DNA from: Candidatus Heimdallarchaeota archaeon
Lineage (GTDB): Archaea; Asgardarchaeota; Heimdallarchaeia; Hodarchaeales; Hodarchaeaceae
Assembly (NCBI GenBank): GCA_048881705.1
Contig: JBHLSH010000002.1
Span: 122,487-186,486 of the forward strand
Reading direction: 5' to 3'
DNA length: 64,000 bases
Every line of letters begins with the position of its first letter. Position 1 is the first letter of the stretch. This document shows positions 1-9,448 of this stretch, in pieces. The notes below the pieces were generated by a model. It saw nothing but the letters and a program-made list of their open reading frames with translations. It was not told where the DNA came from and did no database searches. The translations under genes and the position numbers were made by a program.

Positions 1-2
1 AA

Positions 3-1301
3 AACCCAGGATTTGATATCATAATATGTAATCCCCCATATGTTACCAAAAAATTGTCACCAGAATCCATTCGTGTCTATAGGTCTTTGTATGGTCAGAT
101 GTTATTCAATCGATTTAACCTCTACCATCTATTTTTTGCTCGTATGAAGGATTTAATGAATCCACAGGGAATAGCGGTTTTCCTGACGGCAAACTCAGTA
201 TTAACGGATAAATACAGTCTGAACCTTAGAAAGTTCTTGAAAGAATCTTTTGAGATTCTTGGCTTGGTTGATTTTGTAAGTCGGAATCTGTTTCCCAAGA
301 TTCTTCAAGGTGTGTGTATTATTGCACTAGGTTTCAAAGATGGACAAAAACGATCCTCTTCCCCGCCATTAACCCAAGTGTTTCAAACCTTCGATGCGAA
401 CACATTCCATACGGGTAAATTCAAGTGTGGAGCAATTCGAGAACCCCATTTGTTCTTCCAAGGAAAGATTATTCCAAGTCCTGATAAAAACAGTTTCAGA
501 ATCTTGCGATATCTTCAAAAAACCTGTGTGCCTGCAAGAAAACTCTTCAAAATCCAATCTGGAGAAATCCGTCCTGCGGATCCGAAGATCCGCCCTTTTT
601 ATTTTAGGGGGTTCCCTCAAGATTGCAAACCATTCGCCTTTGACCCCGTCTTAAACGGCAAAAATGTAGGCCCTTTTCTAGTTAATTTATCAAAAAGCCG
701 CCCCAAATCCAGATGGTTTCAACCACCACTGGTAAAGGGCGAGAATCCAATTTTTCGCTCCCAACATGCGTTCATGGAACGGATTGTATTCCAACGTATC
801 ACAGCTCGGGAGCAACTTCGACGACTGGTCGCTGCCATGATCGACCGAGATCACCTCTCTCGTCATCCAGTGTGGGTGGAAAACAACCTTAATTACCTCC
901 TTCTTCCCTCCCACAAAGAGGAATTTACGGCCGAATTCCTATTAGGAATTTTCAATTCCATTTTGCTTAATTGGTATCTTCATCAAATTAATTTGACTGC
1001 CGCAGTACCACCATCAGATATCGGACTTCTCCCATTACCTTCGAGGCAGAATCTGGACGTCTCACTAATATCTCAAATCGAAAACACCGTTATACAGATT
1101 ACAAAACAACTCAAGAAGGTTGATTCTGGACAGCAAAGACTTGGAAACCTATGTCCAGTTTGCAGGGGACATAATTCTATTGAGCAGCTCCGAGAATCTT
1201 TAGATAGGCTCGTATTTCAACTCTATGGCCTTTCCTTGTCTGACCAAACTCTGGTTACTAGTCAGATGGGCGAACTACACACCTACTTTGGACATCATTA
1301 A
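3..1301 (+). CDS. N6-adenine DNA methyltransferase, Eco57I/TaqI-like (gamma class), 5'-truncated by the window edge
   Basis: The frame is open from position 3: NPGFDIIICNPPY (NPPY at 30-41). It continues with the LFF..R...L.NP.G...F motif, a TaqI-C-like TRD (IVFQRI...NNLNY...FLLGIFNS.LLNWY) and the typical C-terminus LDRLVFQLYGL. Confidence 0.9.
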   Translation, partial: NPGFDIIICNPPYVTKKLSPESIRVYRSLYGQMLFNRFNLYHLFFARMKDLMNPQGIAVFLTANSVLTDKYSLNLRKFLKESFEILGLVDFVSRNLFPKILQGVCIIALGFKDGQKRSSSPPLTQVFQTFDANTFHTGKFKCGAIREPHLFFQGKIIPSPDKNSFRILRYLQKTCVPARKLFKIQSGEIRPADPKIRPFYFRGFPQDCKPFAFDPVLNGKNVGPFLVNLSKSRPKSRWFQPPLVKGENPIFRSQHAFMERIVFQRITAREQLRRLVAAMIDRDHLSRHPVWVENNLNYLLLPSHKEEFTAEFLLGIFNSILLNWYLHQINLTAAVPPSDIGLLPLPSRQNLDVSLISQIENTVIQITKQLKKVDSGQQRLGNLCPVCRGHNSIEQLRESLDRLVFQLYGLSLSDQTLVTSQMGELHTYFGHH

Positions 1302-1459
1302 ATATCTAATAAAAGCATGGTATTTACTGGAAGAAAGGAACGATAAGTTCCATTAAGTTTTTAACCTACTGAAAAGAGAGAAGATTGTATTGCTACTAAT
1401 CAGGGCATCTTTGCCAGACCAGTTATGGAACCTGACCAAATCAGGAGGAAAATGAGAAT

Positions 1460-2503
1460 TTGCTTTCTTCCCGTCGCTTGTATTTAAATAACTGGGCCAT
1501 TCTTACCAAACAAGGGGAAGTCCAATGGCACTTTGGCGATGTGGAAAACGAAGACAAGTTACTCCAAACAGCAGACTTTGTTACCGCCTTGACTAAGTTA
1601 GGTGACCAAATATTGGGTCAGGGTGTCGGTATTGTCCGGCTTCGGTACCCCCGCCCTCATCCTACCCAAGCAAACCAGATTCTAATAGTAAATCTACTCG
1701 ACCAGTACAGTATCGTTGTTTCTGATCCATTAGTAACAACCAGACTCATGCATAAAATCGAACTGGATCAAGCTCACCTGGATGACATGCGAAGTATTTT
1801 GGCAGGATCAGCAGCTGTGATCTATTCTCAATTTTATTCCAGTAATGGATCCAAACCAGTTTTAAGCAGAAGCGACGTTGATTCGCTCTTCCATGAAGCC
1901 ATCAATGCTGTGACCTACAATACAGATCAGGTGACAGTGGGGAACGGTGAATGTTCATTCAGTGCATTAACACTGGAAGAACTCCTCTTTTTTCACGCCC
2001 TCATCAGAGAATTGTTGGAATCATATGCGATTCGATTCAAAAGCAAACCTTGGGGAATTATCCACGGAAAGGCAGGTGTTCCAATATATTTAGAGTATCA
2101 ACCACCGGCTGATTCCGCAATTATTTCCGCTTTTGCTTCGGTTATCGTCAATTATTGCTACCTCCTTTTTCAGGCTTACCCCGCACGCCTTGTCTTTGGG
2201 GCCCATTCAATGGAGTCTATGGATTTCATTGCCACAGACCAAACGGTTTTTGTTACAAATTCTCCAAGTCAATTGTTACGACTTCAACGATTTGTACGTC
2301 TATGGAGACAAGTCCCAGCCAATGTTGTCACCGACCTTGCCGAACCAATGAAAGAATATTTCATCAAACTTGCTCTACGTGAAGAACGAGAGAAGCTTAA
2401 GAAATTTGAATTATATCGAGTTATAAATAGATTAACGAAAATGGGAATAAGACGTGCCCGTGATTACCGTTTACCGAGAAAACTAATATTAGAGGACGAC
2501 TAA
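1460..2503 (+). CDS. Hypothetical protein with two predicted longin/roadblock-like domains
   Basis: Two beta-beta-alpha-beta-beta-beta units: WAILTKQGEVQWH...ADFVTALTKLGDQILGQGVGIVRL, and WGIIHGKAGVPIYLEY...AIISAFASVIVNYCYLLF...RLVF. GGAGG lies upstream of the TTG start. Fold call is by eye. Confidence 0.55.
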   Translation: MLSSRRLYLNNWAILTKQGEVQWHFGDVENEDKLLQTADFVTALTKLGDQILGQGVGIVRLRYPRPHPTQANQILIVNLLDQYSIVVSDPLVTTRLMHKIELDQAHLDDMRSILAGSAAVIYSQFYSSNGSKPVLSRSDVDSLFHEAINAVTYNTDQVTVGNGECSFSALTLEELLFFHALIRELLESYAIRFKSKPWGIIHGKAGVPIYLEYQPPADSAIISAFASVIVNYCYLLFQAYPARLVFGAHSMESMDFIATDQTVFVTNSPSQLLRLQRFVRLWRQVPANVVTDLAEPMKEYFIKLALREEREKLKKFELYRVINRLTKMGIRRARDYRLPRKLILEDD

Positions 2504-2519
2504 ACGTGAACCCTTTTTT

Positions 2520-2681
2520 CTAGTATTCTTCTTCCTGCCCAATTTCCCTGCCGCATCGTGAACAACGGTAAATGAGGAATTCATCATACTCTCGTTTTGC
2601 GTGCTCTCCTTTCTTCCCTTTGATGATTTTTGTGGTAATTGGCCTGTAAGAATGTCCGAAAAGCATGCAGATGAGTCCCAA
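2520..2681 (-). CDS. Small Cys/His zinc-finger protein, DUF1660-like (53 aa, not in ORF track)
   Basis: Hand translation: MGLICMLFGHSYRPITTKIIKGKKGEHAKREYDEFLIYRCSRCGREIGQEEEY*. It has C-x4-H plus CxxC and lies 19 nt downstream of ybaK on the same strand. Confidence 0.7.
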   Translation of the reverse strand: MGLICMLFGHSYRPITTKIIKGKKGEHAKREYDEFLIYRCSRCGREIGQEEEY

Positions 2682-2700
2682 GTTTAACACACGCTTTTTT

Positions 2701-3156
2701 TCAAATGGGTATTGAAATGTCAGCGATTAACGGATGCGTACAGTCAAGAAGCTCCGATAACGTAATTTTAAGATTGGCAAAAGGGGCTCCTCCACCAGCA
2801 TAGAGGATTTGTTGATTAATAACCAGTTCATCCATTATAACAGGTAGAGGGATACTTATTGGCGGCACATCTCCCACATCATATCCTGTCTGTTTTTTAA
2901 CCTGTTCAGGGTTCGCTAATCTTATGTCTTTTACATTAAGCAGTTTTTTGAGTTTTCTCGTTTTGATTTTTCGATCACCTTGGAGTATAACTAGATAGAA
3001 GTCATCAGTATTTGTAACAACGACAATTGATTTTATGATATCTTCAGGATCGCAACCTAATGCGACCAAGCTTTCCTCAACTGTTGAAGATGGTGTGTTC
3101 AACTGAATGATTTCCGCAGATAGTCCATTGTTATCAATGAATTCTTGGAGCCGCAT
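2701..3156 (-). CDS. YbaK/EbsC aminoacyl-tRNA deacylase (trans-editing domain)
   Basis: IIKSIVV (catalytic Lys), LVILQGDRKI, RLANPEQV...TGY.VG.VPP, AGGG. Confidence 0.9.
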   Translation of the reverse strand: MRLQEFIDNNGLSAEIIQLNTPSSTVEESLVALGCDPEDIIKSIVVVTNTDDFYLVILQGDRKIKTRKLKKLLNVKDIRLANPEQVKKQTGYDVGDVPPISIPLPVIMDELVINQQILYAGGGAPFANLKITLSELLDCTHPLIADISIPI

Positions 3157-3220
3157 CCTACTTCCTCATCTGTTGTAAATCGCTTTAGTTCAGGCGTGAC
3201 GCTTACTTGAGCGTTTTACC

Positions 3221-3826
3221 TTGAATAAAATATATTTTTGTCATATACTCAGTTCCCTGCCTAGGTGGTGGTTAACAGTGCTGCAAAACGATAGAGTGCT
3301 ATTACGTGGCCTAGAGCTCACTGATGTAGATGAACTGATGAAACACTGGAACAAAAGAGAAGTCAAGAAGTATCTCAATAAAAAGGTACCCCATAGCAGA
3401 GAAGAGGAACTAGAGTGGATTCGTCAAACCTGGGAACTTCGCCGAAAGGGAGATGCATACATATTCGCCATCATCCTAAGATCGAAGGATCTTTACATTG
3501 GAAACGTAGAGCTCAGCATTCAAAACAAAATCAGTCGACGTGGCGTTATTGGGATTGCGATCTTTAATCCATCATTTTGGAATCAGGGCATAGGAAGTGA
3601 AACTCTGCGCGAAATTCTAAGGTTTGGATTTCAGGACCTTAATTTACACTCAATTGAGCTAGAGGTTTTCTCGATAAATCAAAGAGCTTTGACCTGCTAT
3701 CGAAAAGTCGGATTTCGTGAGTCAGGAAGACGACGTCAAGCTGTGTTTATTGAAGGAGAGTACGTAGATTCAATTGTAATGGATATAGTGGCTGCTGAGT
3801 GGCCCCTAAATCAGGTTGGAACATAA
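3221..3826 (+). CDS. GNAT N-acetyltransferase, RimJ/RimL family
   Basis: RVLLRGL...D, FWNQGIGSE (acetyl-CoA motif A), F..LNLHSI.L.V...NQRA..CY.KVGF..G. The start may be the GTG at 3278. Confidence 0.9.
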   Translation: MNKIYFCHILSSLPRWWLTVLQNDRVLLRGLELTDVDELMKHWNKREVKKYLNKKVPHSREEELEWIRQTWELRRKGDAYIFAIILRSKDLYIGNVELSIQNKISRRGVIGIAIFNPSFWNQGIGSETLREILRFGFQDLNLHSIELEVFSINQRALTCYRKVGFRESGRRRQAVFIEGEYVDSIVMDIVAAEWPLNQVGT

Positions 3827-3849
3827 GGAAAGGTACAGATCCTACCGTT

Positions 3850-4710
3850 TTAGGATCTAATCATACCTCCTATTGCGGTGACTTCGATTCCTTCTTCCTC
3901 TAAATTGTCCAAAAAAGGATTTATCCCGATCGAATCCGATGCAAGATGTCCGGTAATCATTAATTGTCCGTATTCTAGGGCTAAAATCCGCGATAGCTCT
4001 GTTGGCGCAATATGGATATATATCACCGTGTCAATGTGATTCTGAAAGTACAAATTGGCAATCGAAAAACCTCCGTTTGTAAGGGCACCGTGACTAAACA
4101 CCCATTTTCCAATACCCTGATTAGAATCACCTTTGATGACTTCAATTTTTGTTTTAGCTTTTTGAAACTCTGGAAACGTTGTCTCAAGTAACGAGGCAAC
4201 AGACTGAAGACTAGGATCGGTTTCTTTCTCCATGAAGTCCTCAATGGCTTGACCTATCAATCTTCTCCCCAATTCATCAGATGGACAATGAATGTTCAGG
4301 AACGGCATTCCAATCAGCTGGGCAAATGTAGGGATTGCAGCATAATTCCGAGCATGAGCCCCCACCTTTAGCGATCGCAATTTTTCTTCAACGACCTTTC
4401 GGGCCTCCTCTTGTGGGACACCTTTTTCGACAAGTTGGTCCTGATGTCTTCTGAAGACCTTATAGTACTCCACAAGCCCAACAGGGTGATGTGCAATGAC
4501 TGCATCATACCCAGCGTTTTTTGCGTAATATATCTCTGTTGGCCCAATATCTATTCCATATAGAACTCTCTGAATATCGCTTCCCGGGACATGCACTGCC
4601 GAGTCGGAGGGAAGTTTCTCCATATTGACTAGATCAAGAGCAATTTTGATGATTCTATCAGTATTCAATTCATAAACACCTTTATTGGATAATAAACTAA
4701 TAAAGTTCAC
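3850..4710 (-). CDS. NIF3-like dinuclear metal-centre protein
   Basis: GIDI, VIAHHP, NIHCPSD and ITGHLASDS metal-ligand pattern. Confidence 0.75.
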   Translation of the reverse strand: MNFISLLSNKGVYELNTDRIIKIALDLVNMEKLPSDSAVHVPGSDIQRVLYGIDIGPTEIYYAKNAGYDAVIAHHPVGLVEYYKVFRRHQDQLVEKGVPQEEARKVVEEKLRSLKVGAHARNYAAIPTFAQLIGMPFLNIHCPSDELGRRLIGQAIEDFMEKETDPSLQSVASLLETTFPEFQKAKTKIEVIKGDSNQGIGKWVFSHGALTNGGFSIANLYFQNHIDTVIYIHIAPTELSRILALEYGQLMITGHLASDSIGINPFLDNLEEEGIEVTAIGGMIRS

Positions 4711-5490
4711 TTAAATAGGTGATTTAGCAACAGATCTGTTTTTAATATGAGATATCTTCTCTTGAAGCCGCACACGACTAGGATCTTCTTCAAATAGCAT
4801 CCCATACTGACAGACAGACCGAAGAGTGCACACATCACATTTTGGATCATGTTTTTGGCATGTATTCTGACAATGGACTACAATTAAGGCATGAAATCGC
4901 CCGAGAACGAGGGAATCCCGTGGTAGTTCTTGCTGGATCTCAGCTTGAATCTTCTCATAGTTCAGCTTGAGGTATACCTCTTTTAGGTGATAACGTGCAA
5001 GAAATCTCCTGGTATAAGTTCCAACAACAGAAATTGGTTGTTGAAAGCAATAAAGGAGAATAGAGTCAGCTGTTTCTTTTCCAATTCCTGGACAGTTGAG
5101 TAGAGTGTCTCGGGTAGGGGGTAACATTAAATCTGAAAACGAAAGTAATAGTCGAGATAAAGCTTGAAGATAGCTCGCCTTTTGTTTATAGAACCCTGCT
5201 GGTTTAATCAGATATTCAATTTTTTCTGATTTTAAAGAAGTTAGATCTTCAAAAGAGTGGATATTAGCCTGATACAGATTTTCAATCGCCCTATCGACAT
5301 TTCTCCAATTAGTATTTTGAACTAGAATGGTTCCAATGGCTACTTCAAATATTTCTTCAGCGGTTTTGCTGCTTTTGATCCAAAGTTCCCAGGTATCATG
5401 GTGTGGATCGAGACGATGATATTGTCGGTTAAGCATTTCAAAAAGGTTTGAATAATTCGGCCTTTGTTGTTTGGCTGGTTCATTCTTCAT
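4711..5490 (-). CDS. nth: Endonuclease III-like HhH-GPD DNA glycosylase with 4Fe-4S cluster
   Basis: ILVQNTNWRNV, PAGFYKQKA, LLNCPGIGKETADSILLY (HhH) and C-x6-C-x2-C-x5-C (CQKHDPKCDVCTLRSVC). Confidence 0.88.
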   Translation of the reverse strand: MKNEPAKQQRPNYSNLFEMLNRQYHRLDPHHDTWELWIKSSKTAEEIFEVAIGTILVQNTNWRNVDRAIENLYQANIHSFEDLTSLKSEKIEYLIKPAGFYKQKASYLQALSRLLLSFSDLMLPPTRDTLLNCPGIGKETADSILLYCFQQPISVVGTYTRRFLARYHLKEVYLKLNYEKIQAEIQQELPRDSLVLGRFHALIVVHCQNTCQKHDPKCDVCTLRSVCQYGMLFEEDPSRVRLQEKISHIKNRSVAKSPI

Positions 5491-5592
5491 TAAGAAGACC
5501 CATTCATGTCTAGTGTCAAATTAATTTCGCCGGAAAATTCGGAAAAAGTTTCTAGTTTAGCTTAAGTAGTTGGTAAAAGCAATCATAATTGT

Positions 5593-6012
5593 ATGTCTCG
5601 ACCCACTTCCTCCTCAAAGGCAGATCGTCTGAAGGATCTTGCTTGGGAAATTCTGTGTGTATCTGCGTTCCGGCAGTCAGAGAGACAAAGTTTAAACCTA
5701 ATAATTACCCTTTCTGGTGTTTCCAGTCAAGAAGAAGCATCGGAACTCCTTTCACATTTATTCCGGCTTGTAAGAAAAGGAACTATTTACATCCCTGAGG
5801 CGAGGCTAGAGATCTTCAAAGAAGCTCCCGAACGTGTAGACGTTTATTTAACTCGTAACTTTCATGAAACAATGCGAGACCTGGGTGACGAACTCAGGAA
5901 ATTACACATCACGCTAGATAATATCGAAGAGGAGTTACCCCAAATTCCTCAAAAAGTGTTAATTGATCTGAAGAACCAAGCACTGGGAAAGTATATCGAC
6001 TTTGTCAAATAA
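5593..6012 (+). CDS. Hypothetical protein
   Basis: 139-aa ORF with protein-like composition that fills the gap, followed by a strong hairpin. Confidence 0.6.
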   Translation: MSRPTSSSKADRLKDLAWEILCVSAFRQSERQSLNLIITLSGVSSQEEASELLSHLFRLVRKGTIYIPEARLEIFKEAPERVDVYLTRNFHETMRDLGDELRKLHITLDNIEEELPQIPQKVLIDLKNQALGKYIDFVK

Positions 6013-6015
6013 GGC

Positions 6016-6059
6016 AGGGAAGCAGGAAGAGCACGGGCAGGTTGCCTTCTTGTTTCCCT
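6016..6059 (+). terminator. Stem-loop immediately after the 5593-6012 stop (terminator-like or structured 3' UTR)
   Basis: AGGGAAGCAGGAAG (6016-6029) pairs with CTTCTTGTTTCCCT (6046-6059): 14 bp including two G-U pairs, with an inner GCA/TGC extension. Confidence 0.5.
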
Positions 6060-6205
6060 ATAAATTAAAGCCCTAATTCGATCTTAATTCTTCCAATAAC
6101 TTATCAGTATATTCCGTCAATTTCGTTTTGTTTCTCATAAAGGAACGGGGTTTCAGCTAAAAACAGTTAAAATTCACTCTCCTTTGATCCTCTACTTGCG
6201 CAAAA

Positions 6206-7006
6206 ATGTATGATCTGGTTCTGGATGCCATAGTTCTCTTTTTCGCGATTCCATTGTCCATGTGGAATCTTAGAACATTTAAAAAAGACAAATGGAATCT
6301 CGCGTGGATCATCCCTTGGTCTTTACTGTTATTTATAGGAATTTCTCTATTTGAAATCTTGCTTTTCATTATGGGGATTATTTTGGGATATCTAACGGAT
6401 ATCATCGGTGTTTTTGGAAAGAAATGGTGGTATCCTCACTATTCTAATCGTCTATATTCCCTATCAGCGGGTTATGGCTGGGGAATTATCACGTTAATCA
6501 TATTCAGGCTTTATTTCTATATTATAGAAGACTCAGCGAACATAATGAGCTGGATACTCCTAGCAGTTTTTCTATTTCTTTGGATCAGTGCTGAAATAGT
6601 TTGGGGTCAACCAAATCTTTCTAATCCATGGTTGATAATACGGACGGTTCTCACAATCCTTTTCCTCTTAATATCCGATGATATTCTTTTTCTCTTGGTA
6701 GCCGCGGCGGGAGCCGTATATCTTGAGCTGTTGGGAACATCCCTCCGAATCTGGATTTATTATGATAAGGCGCCGTCTTACCTGCATTTAGGGGCGGGAT
6801 ATGCTCAATTGAGCTATGTGTGTTTTCTGATTGCAAACCTAGTCACAAATAACATCTTTCCCTCCGTTCAACAGATAATAATCCTTCTGATGCTAGTGGT
6901 TCTCTATATCATGGATTACTCGGGAATAAAACTCTCAATATGGGAAAATAGAAAGAAAAAAACGTTGATTAACAAATCGAAGAGTAAGCAACGGAATTTA
7001 AATTAG
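6206..7006 (+). CDS. Multi-pass membrane protein with a duplicated G..[DE]..G....W.Y module
   Basis: About 8 hydrophobic segments; GYLTDIIGVFGKKWWYP and AVYLELLGTSLRIWIYY are internal repeats. Confidence 0.75.
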   Translation: MYDLVLDAIVLFFAIPLSMWNLRTFKKDKWNLAWIIPWSLLLFIGISLFEILLFIMGIILGYLTDIIGVFGKKWWYPHYSNRLYSLSAGYGWGIITLIIFRLYFYIIEDSANIMSWILLAVFLFLWISAEIVWGQPNLSNPWLIIRTVLTILFLLISDDILFLLVAAAGAVYLELLGTSLRIWIYYDKAPSYLHLGAGYAQLSYVCFLIANLVTNNIFPSVQQIIILLMLVVLYIMDYSGIKLSIWENRKKKTLINKSKSKQRNLN

Positions 7007-7017
7007 GAAGTGACATC

Positions 7018-7869
7018 ATGGAGAATCTCAAAGCTGTTACTGACTTAGCCCGCCTGAAAGCTAGTATTTTAGTAGGTTTGGCTGTGATTTTAGGCCAGGT
7101 TGTGGTTCTAACTGGCCTAGCGCCATTTGATCAGCTAATTCTTGGATTTTTGGTAGGATTTGTCCTTTCGGCCTCTACAAATACAATTAATGACGTATTT
7201 GATCTAGAATTAGATCGTCTCGAAAAACCTGAGCGACCTCTCCCTCAGGCTGAATTATCCGTGTTTCAAGCAATCTTATTGTTCGCAATTGAAACATTTC
7301 TAGCGATTTTATGCAGTCTATTCCTAAACTTACCCGCGTTTATTCTAACTGTCTTTATAGCGGGTATTTCCTTTATGTACTCGTATAGCCTCAAGAATTA
7401 TCTTCTTTTCAAAAACACTCTCACCGCTTTCGGTGTGGCCTCGGCGTTTCTTGTAGGAGCGTTGAGCATAGGAAGAATACTTCCTCTTGCTGTAATCCTT
7501 TTTTTCTTTCAGATTTTTATTACGGTGGTCGCATTTGAAGTTCACAAAGACATTGCAGATGTTGAAGGGGACTACTATCTGGGAAAAAAAACTATAGCGA
7601 CGACGTTCGGAACGCGGAAAGCGGCTTTTTTAGCTGTTTTTTTGTATTCTGCGGCTTTCCTGTTATTTCAGGGAATTTTAATCCAATCGACGTCTTCTCT
7701 AATAGGATGGTTATGGATAGTGGATGTTTTGGGCACCATAATCGGTTTTTATTTCCTCTTTCCAATTATGAGGGAACAGGATCCGCCCACAATCCATCGG
7801 GCCCGAAAAAGGATAATGGCTACCTTAGGTATTTTTGTTGTTGCTTCAATTCTCAATTTTCTTGGTTGA
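7018..7869 (+). CDS. UbiA-family prenyltransferase, digeranylgeranylglyceryl-phosphate (DGGGP) synthase-like
   Basis: NTINDVFDLELDRLEKPERPLP (first Asp-rich motif), YS..LK, EVHKDIADVEGD (second motif). Confidence 0.88.
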   Translation: MENLKAVTDLARLKASILVGLAVILGQVVVLTGLAPFDQLILGFLVGFVLSASTNTINDVFDLELDRLEKPERPLPQAELSVFQAILLFAIETFLAILCSLFLNLPAFILTVFIAGISFMYSYSLKNYLLFKNTLTAFGVASAFLVGALSIGRILPLAVILFFFQIFITVVAFEVHKDIADVEGDYYLGKKTIATTFGTRKAAFLAVFLYSAAFLLFQGILIQSTSSLIGWLWIVDVLGTIIGFYFLFPIMREQDPPTIHRARKRIMATLGIFVVASILNFLG

Positions 7870-7887
7870 AAATACCTGATCGGTTTC

Positions 7888-9084
7888 CTAGAAACTTAAA
7901 GGGGCAAACTGAACTAAATCAGATACAGTACCGCTAAATTCCTGAAACTGCTCTTGTTCGATTACGATTCCTGGTTTACTGAGCAGCTTGCCAAAACTTT
8001 CGTAGAAACGTTTTGAGTATAGATTGATCAAATCAGCAATCGTCGGATTTATTTCGGATGTGATAAGATAAAGCACAAAATGATCAGTGGAATGAATATG
8101 GATAAGTTTATCTCCAAATGCAATGGAGGAAAGGCCTTCACGGCTTTCCAAGGTCTCAGATAGGCTTATATTCAAAGCTGCTAGCATTCCTCCCAATAAT
8201 ACATTCAGATTATCATATGAGGTTTCCTTATTCACAAAATCAAAGGTGTACAATGTAAGCCCGTCAGGATTCGCAAAAGTCAAAGAATTCAACTTGGCGG
8301 ACGTGATTGCTAATAAAGAGGGATATTTTCTGAATGCAGCCGAAAAAGCAATTCCACCAACCGCTAAAGGTAGTGCAAACGTCAGCGCTAGCTGGAACTG
8401 ATCAAAGAATGGGATACGTTGAAGTAGTAATGTAATAAAGCCAAGAATCAAAGAAATGTATGCCACTGGCCACCATCTTGTTGAAAAATCTGTCGGATTC
8501 ACTTGAAGTTTCTGAATATTCTGAAGGTTCCGAATATGGCGGAGAGCCACAAGAACCAAAAGAGCAATCAACACAACTAATCCTAGAACCACCAATATAT
8601 CATAGTCAATGTAGATCGCTCCGTAACGGAGGTCTTGTGGTGTAACACTTGGAGTTGTCTGCGCAGAAAGCCAAAAGAAATCTAAGGTGGTGAAAATGGC
8701 TCCCGCAGAAAACCCAGCCAAGCCGCCAATGAATATTTGAGTAGCGGACCATTGTCGTGAGGGATCACGAGGTTGCAAATTCCAAAGTCCAATTGCAAAG
8801 GTCCCTATTCCAATCGCCCCTATGCTAAATGTGAACTTATAGAATAGGACAAGAGTTTGGTGCATCTCTTCTGCCATTCCGAGTAATCTTAGTCCTACAA
8901 TCAACACAACCGTCAGGATAGGGAGCGTTGCCAAAAAAAATCCCCAGGTGAAGAAACGGAGACCAGCAAAAGGATATTTGCGGTACAACTGATATTGTTG
9001 AAAGGATGAAATAAGAAAAGCCGTTACACATATTATCCCTGTCAATAAATCTATCCATAATGCCAATATTTCAAAATTCGCCAT
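7888..9084 (-). CDS. 7-TM membrane protein with a C-terminal longin-like domain
   Basis: Seven hydrophobic helices in aa 1-250. The soluble tail follows the longin pattern: ANPDGLTLYTFDF...LLGGMLAALNISLSETL...SSIAFGDKLIHIHSTDHFVLYLIT...LYSKRFYESF. Confidence 0.75.
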   Translation of the reverse strand: MANFEILALWIDLLTGIICVTAFLISSFQQYQLYRKYPFAGLRFFTWGFFLATLPILTVVLIVGLRLLGMAEEMHQTLVLFYKFTFSIGAIGIGTFAIGLWNLQPRDPSRQWSATQIFIGGLAGFSAGAIFTTLDFFWLSAQTTPSVTPQDLRYGAIYIDYDILVVLGLVVLIALLVLVALRHIRNLQNIQKLQVNPTDFSTRWWPVAYISLILGFITLLLQRIPFFDQFQLALTFALPLAVGGIAFSAAFRKYPSLLAITSAKLNSLTFANPDGLTLYTFDFVNKETSYDNLNVLLGGMLAALNISLSETLESREGLSSIAFGDKLIHIHSTDHFVLYLITSEINPTIADLINLYSKRFYESFGKLLSKPGIVIEQEQFQEFSGTVSDLVQFAPLSF

Positions 9085-9448
9085 TTTTACTACCTAAATG
9101 CATTTATTAATTCCAAAGAAGTGCTAAACCATCCATTGCTCTGCTAACTTCAGTTAAGCACAATATCCTTCTCAGAAAATCGCCATGATTATACTTATTT
9201 AGAATGCTTCAACTATCGTAATCTCTTATTGCGTTAGAGAGAAAAAAACGGGGAAAGCACCCTTAAGTTGTACACAAAGAATTTCTTACTAGCTTTTCTT
9301 AAATTTGTATCCTTTCATTTAACTTCACCAACAGAAATTTCAATGAATCAATATGAATTACAGTCAGTACTATTACTTTATTATATAGGGTCAATAAACT
9401 TCAGGAGAATTTGCGTTCTTCCTCACAGTAGCGAGACTCCGAAGAGGC

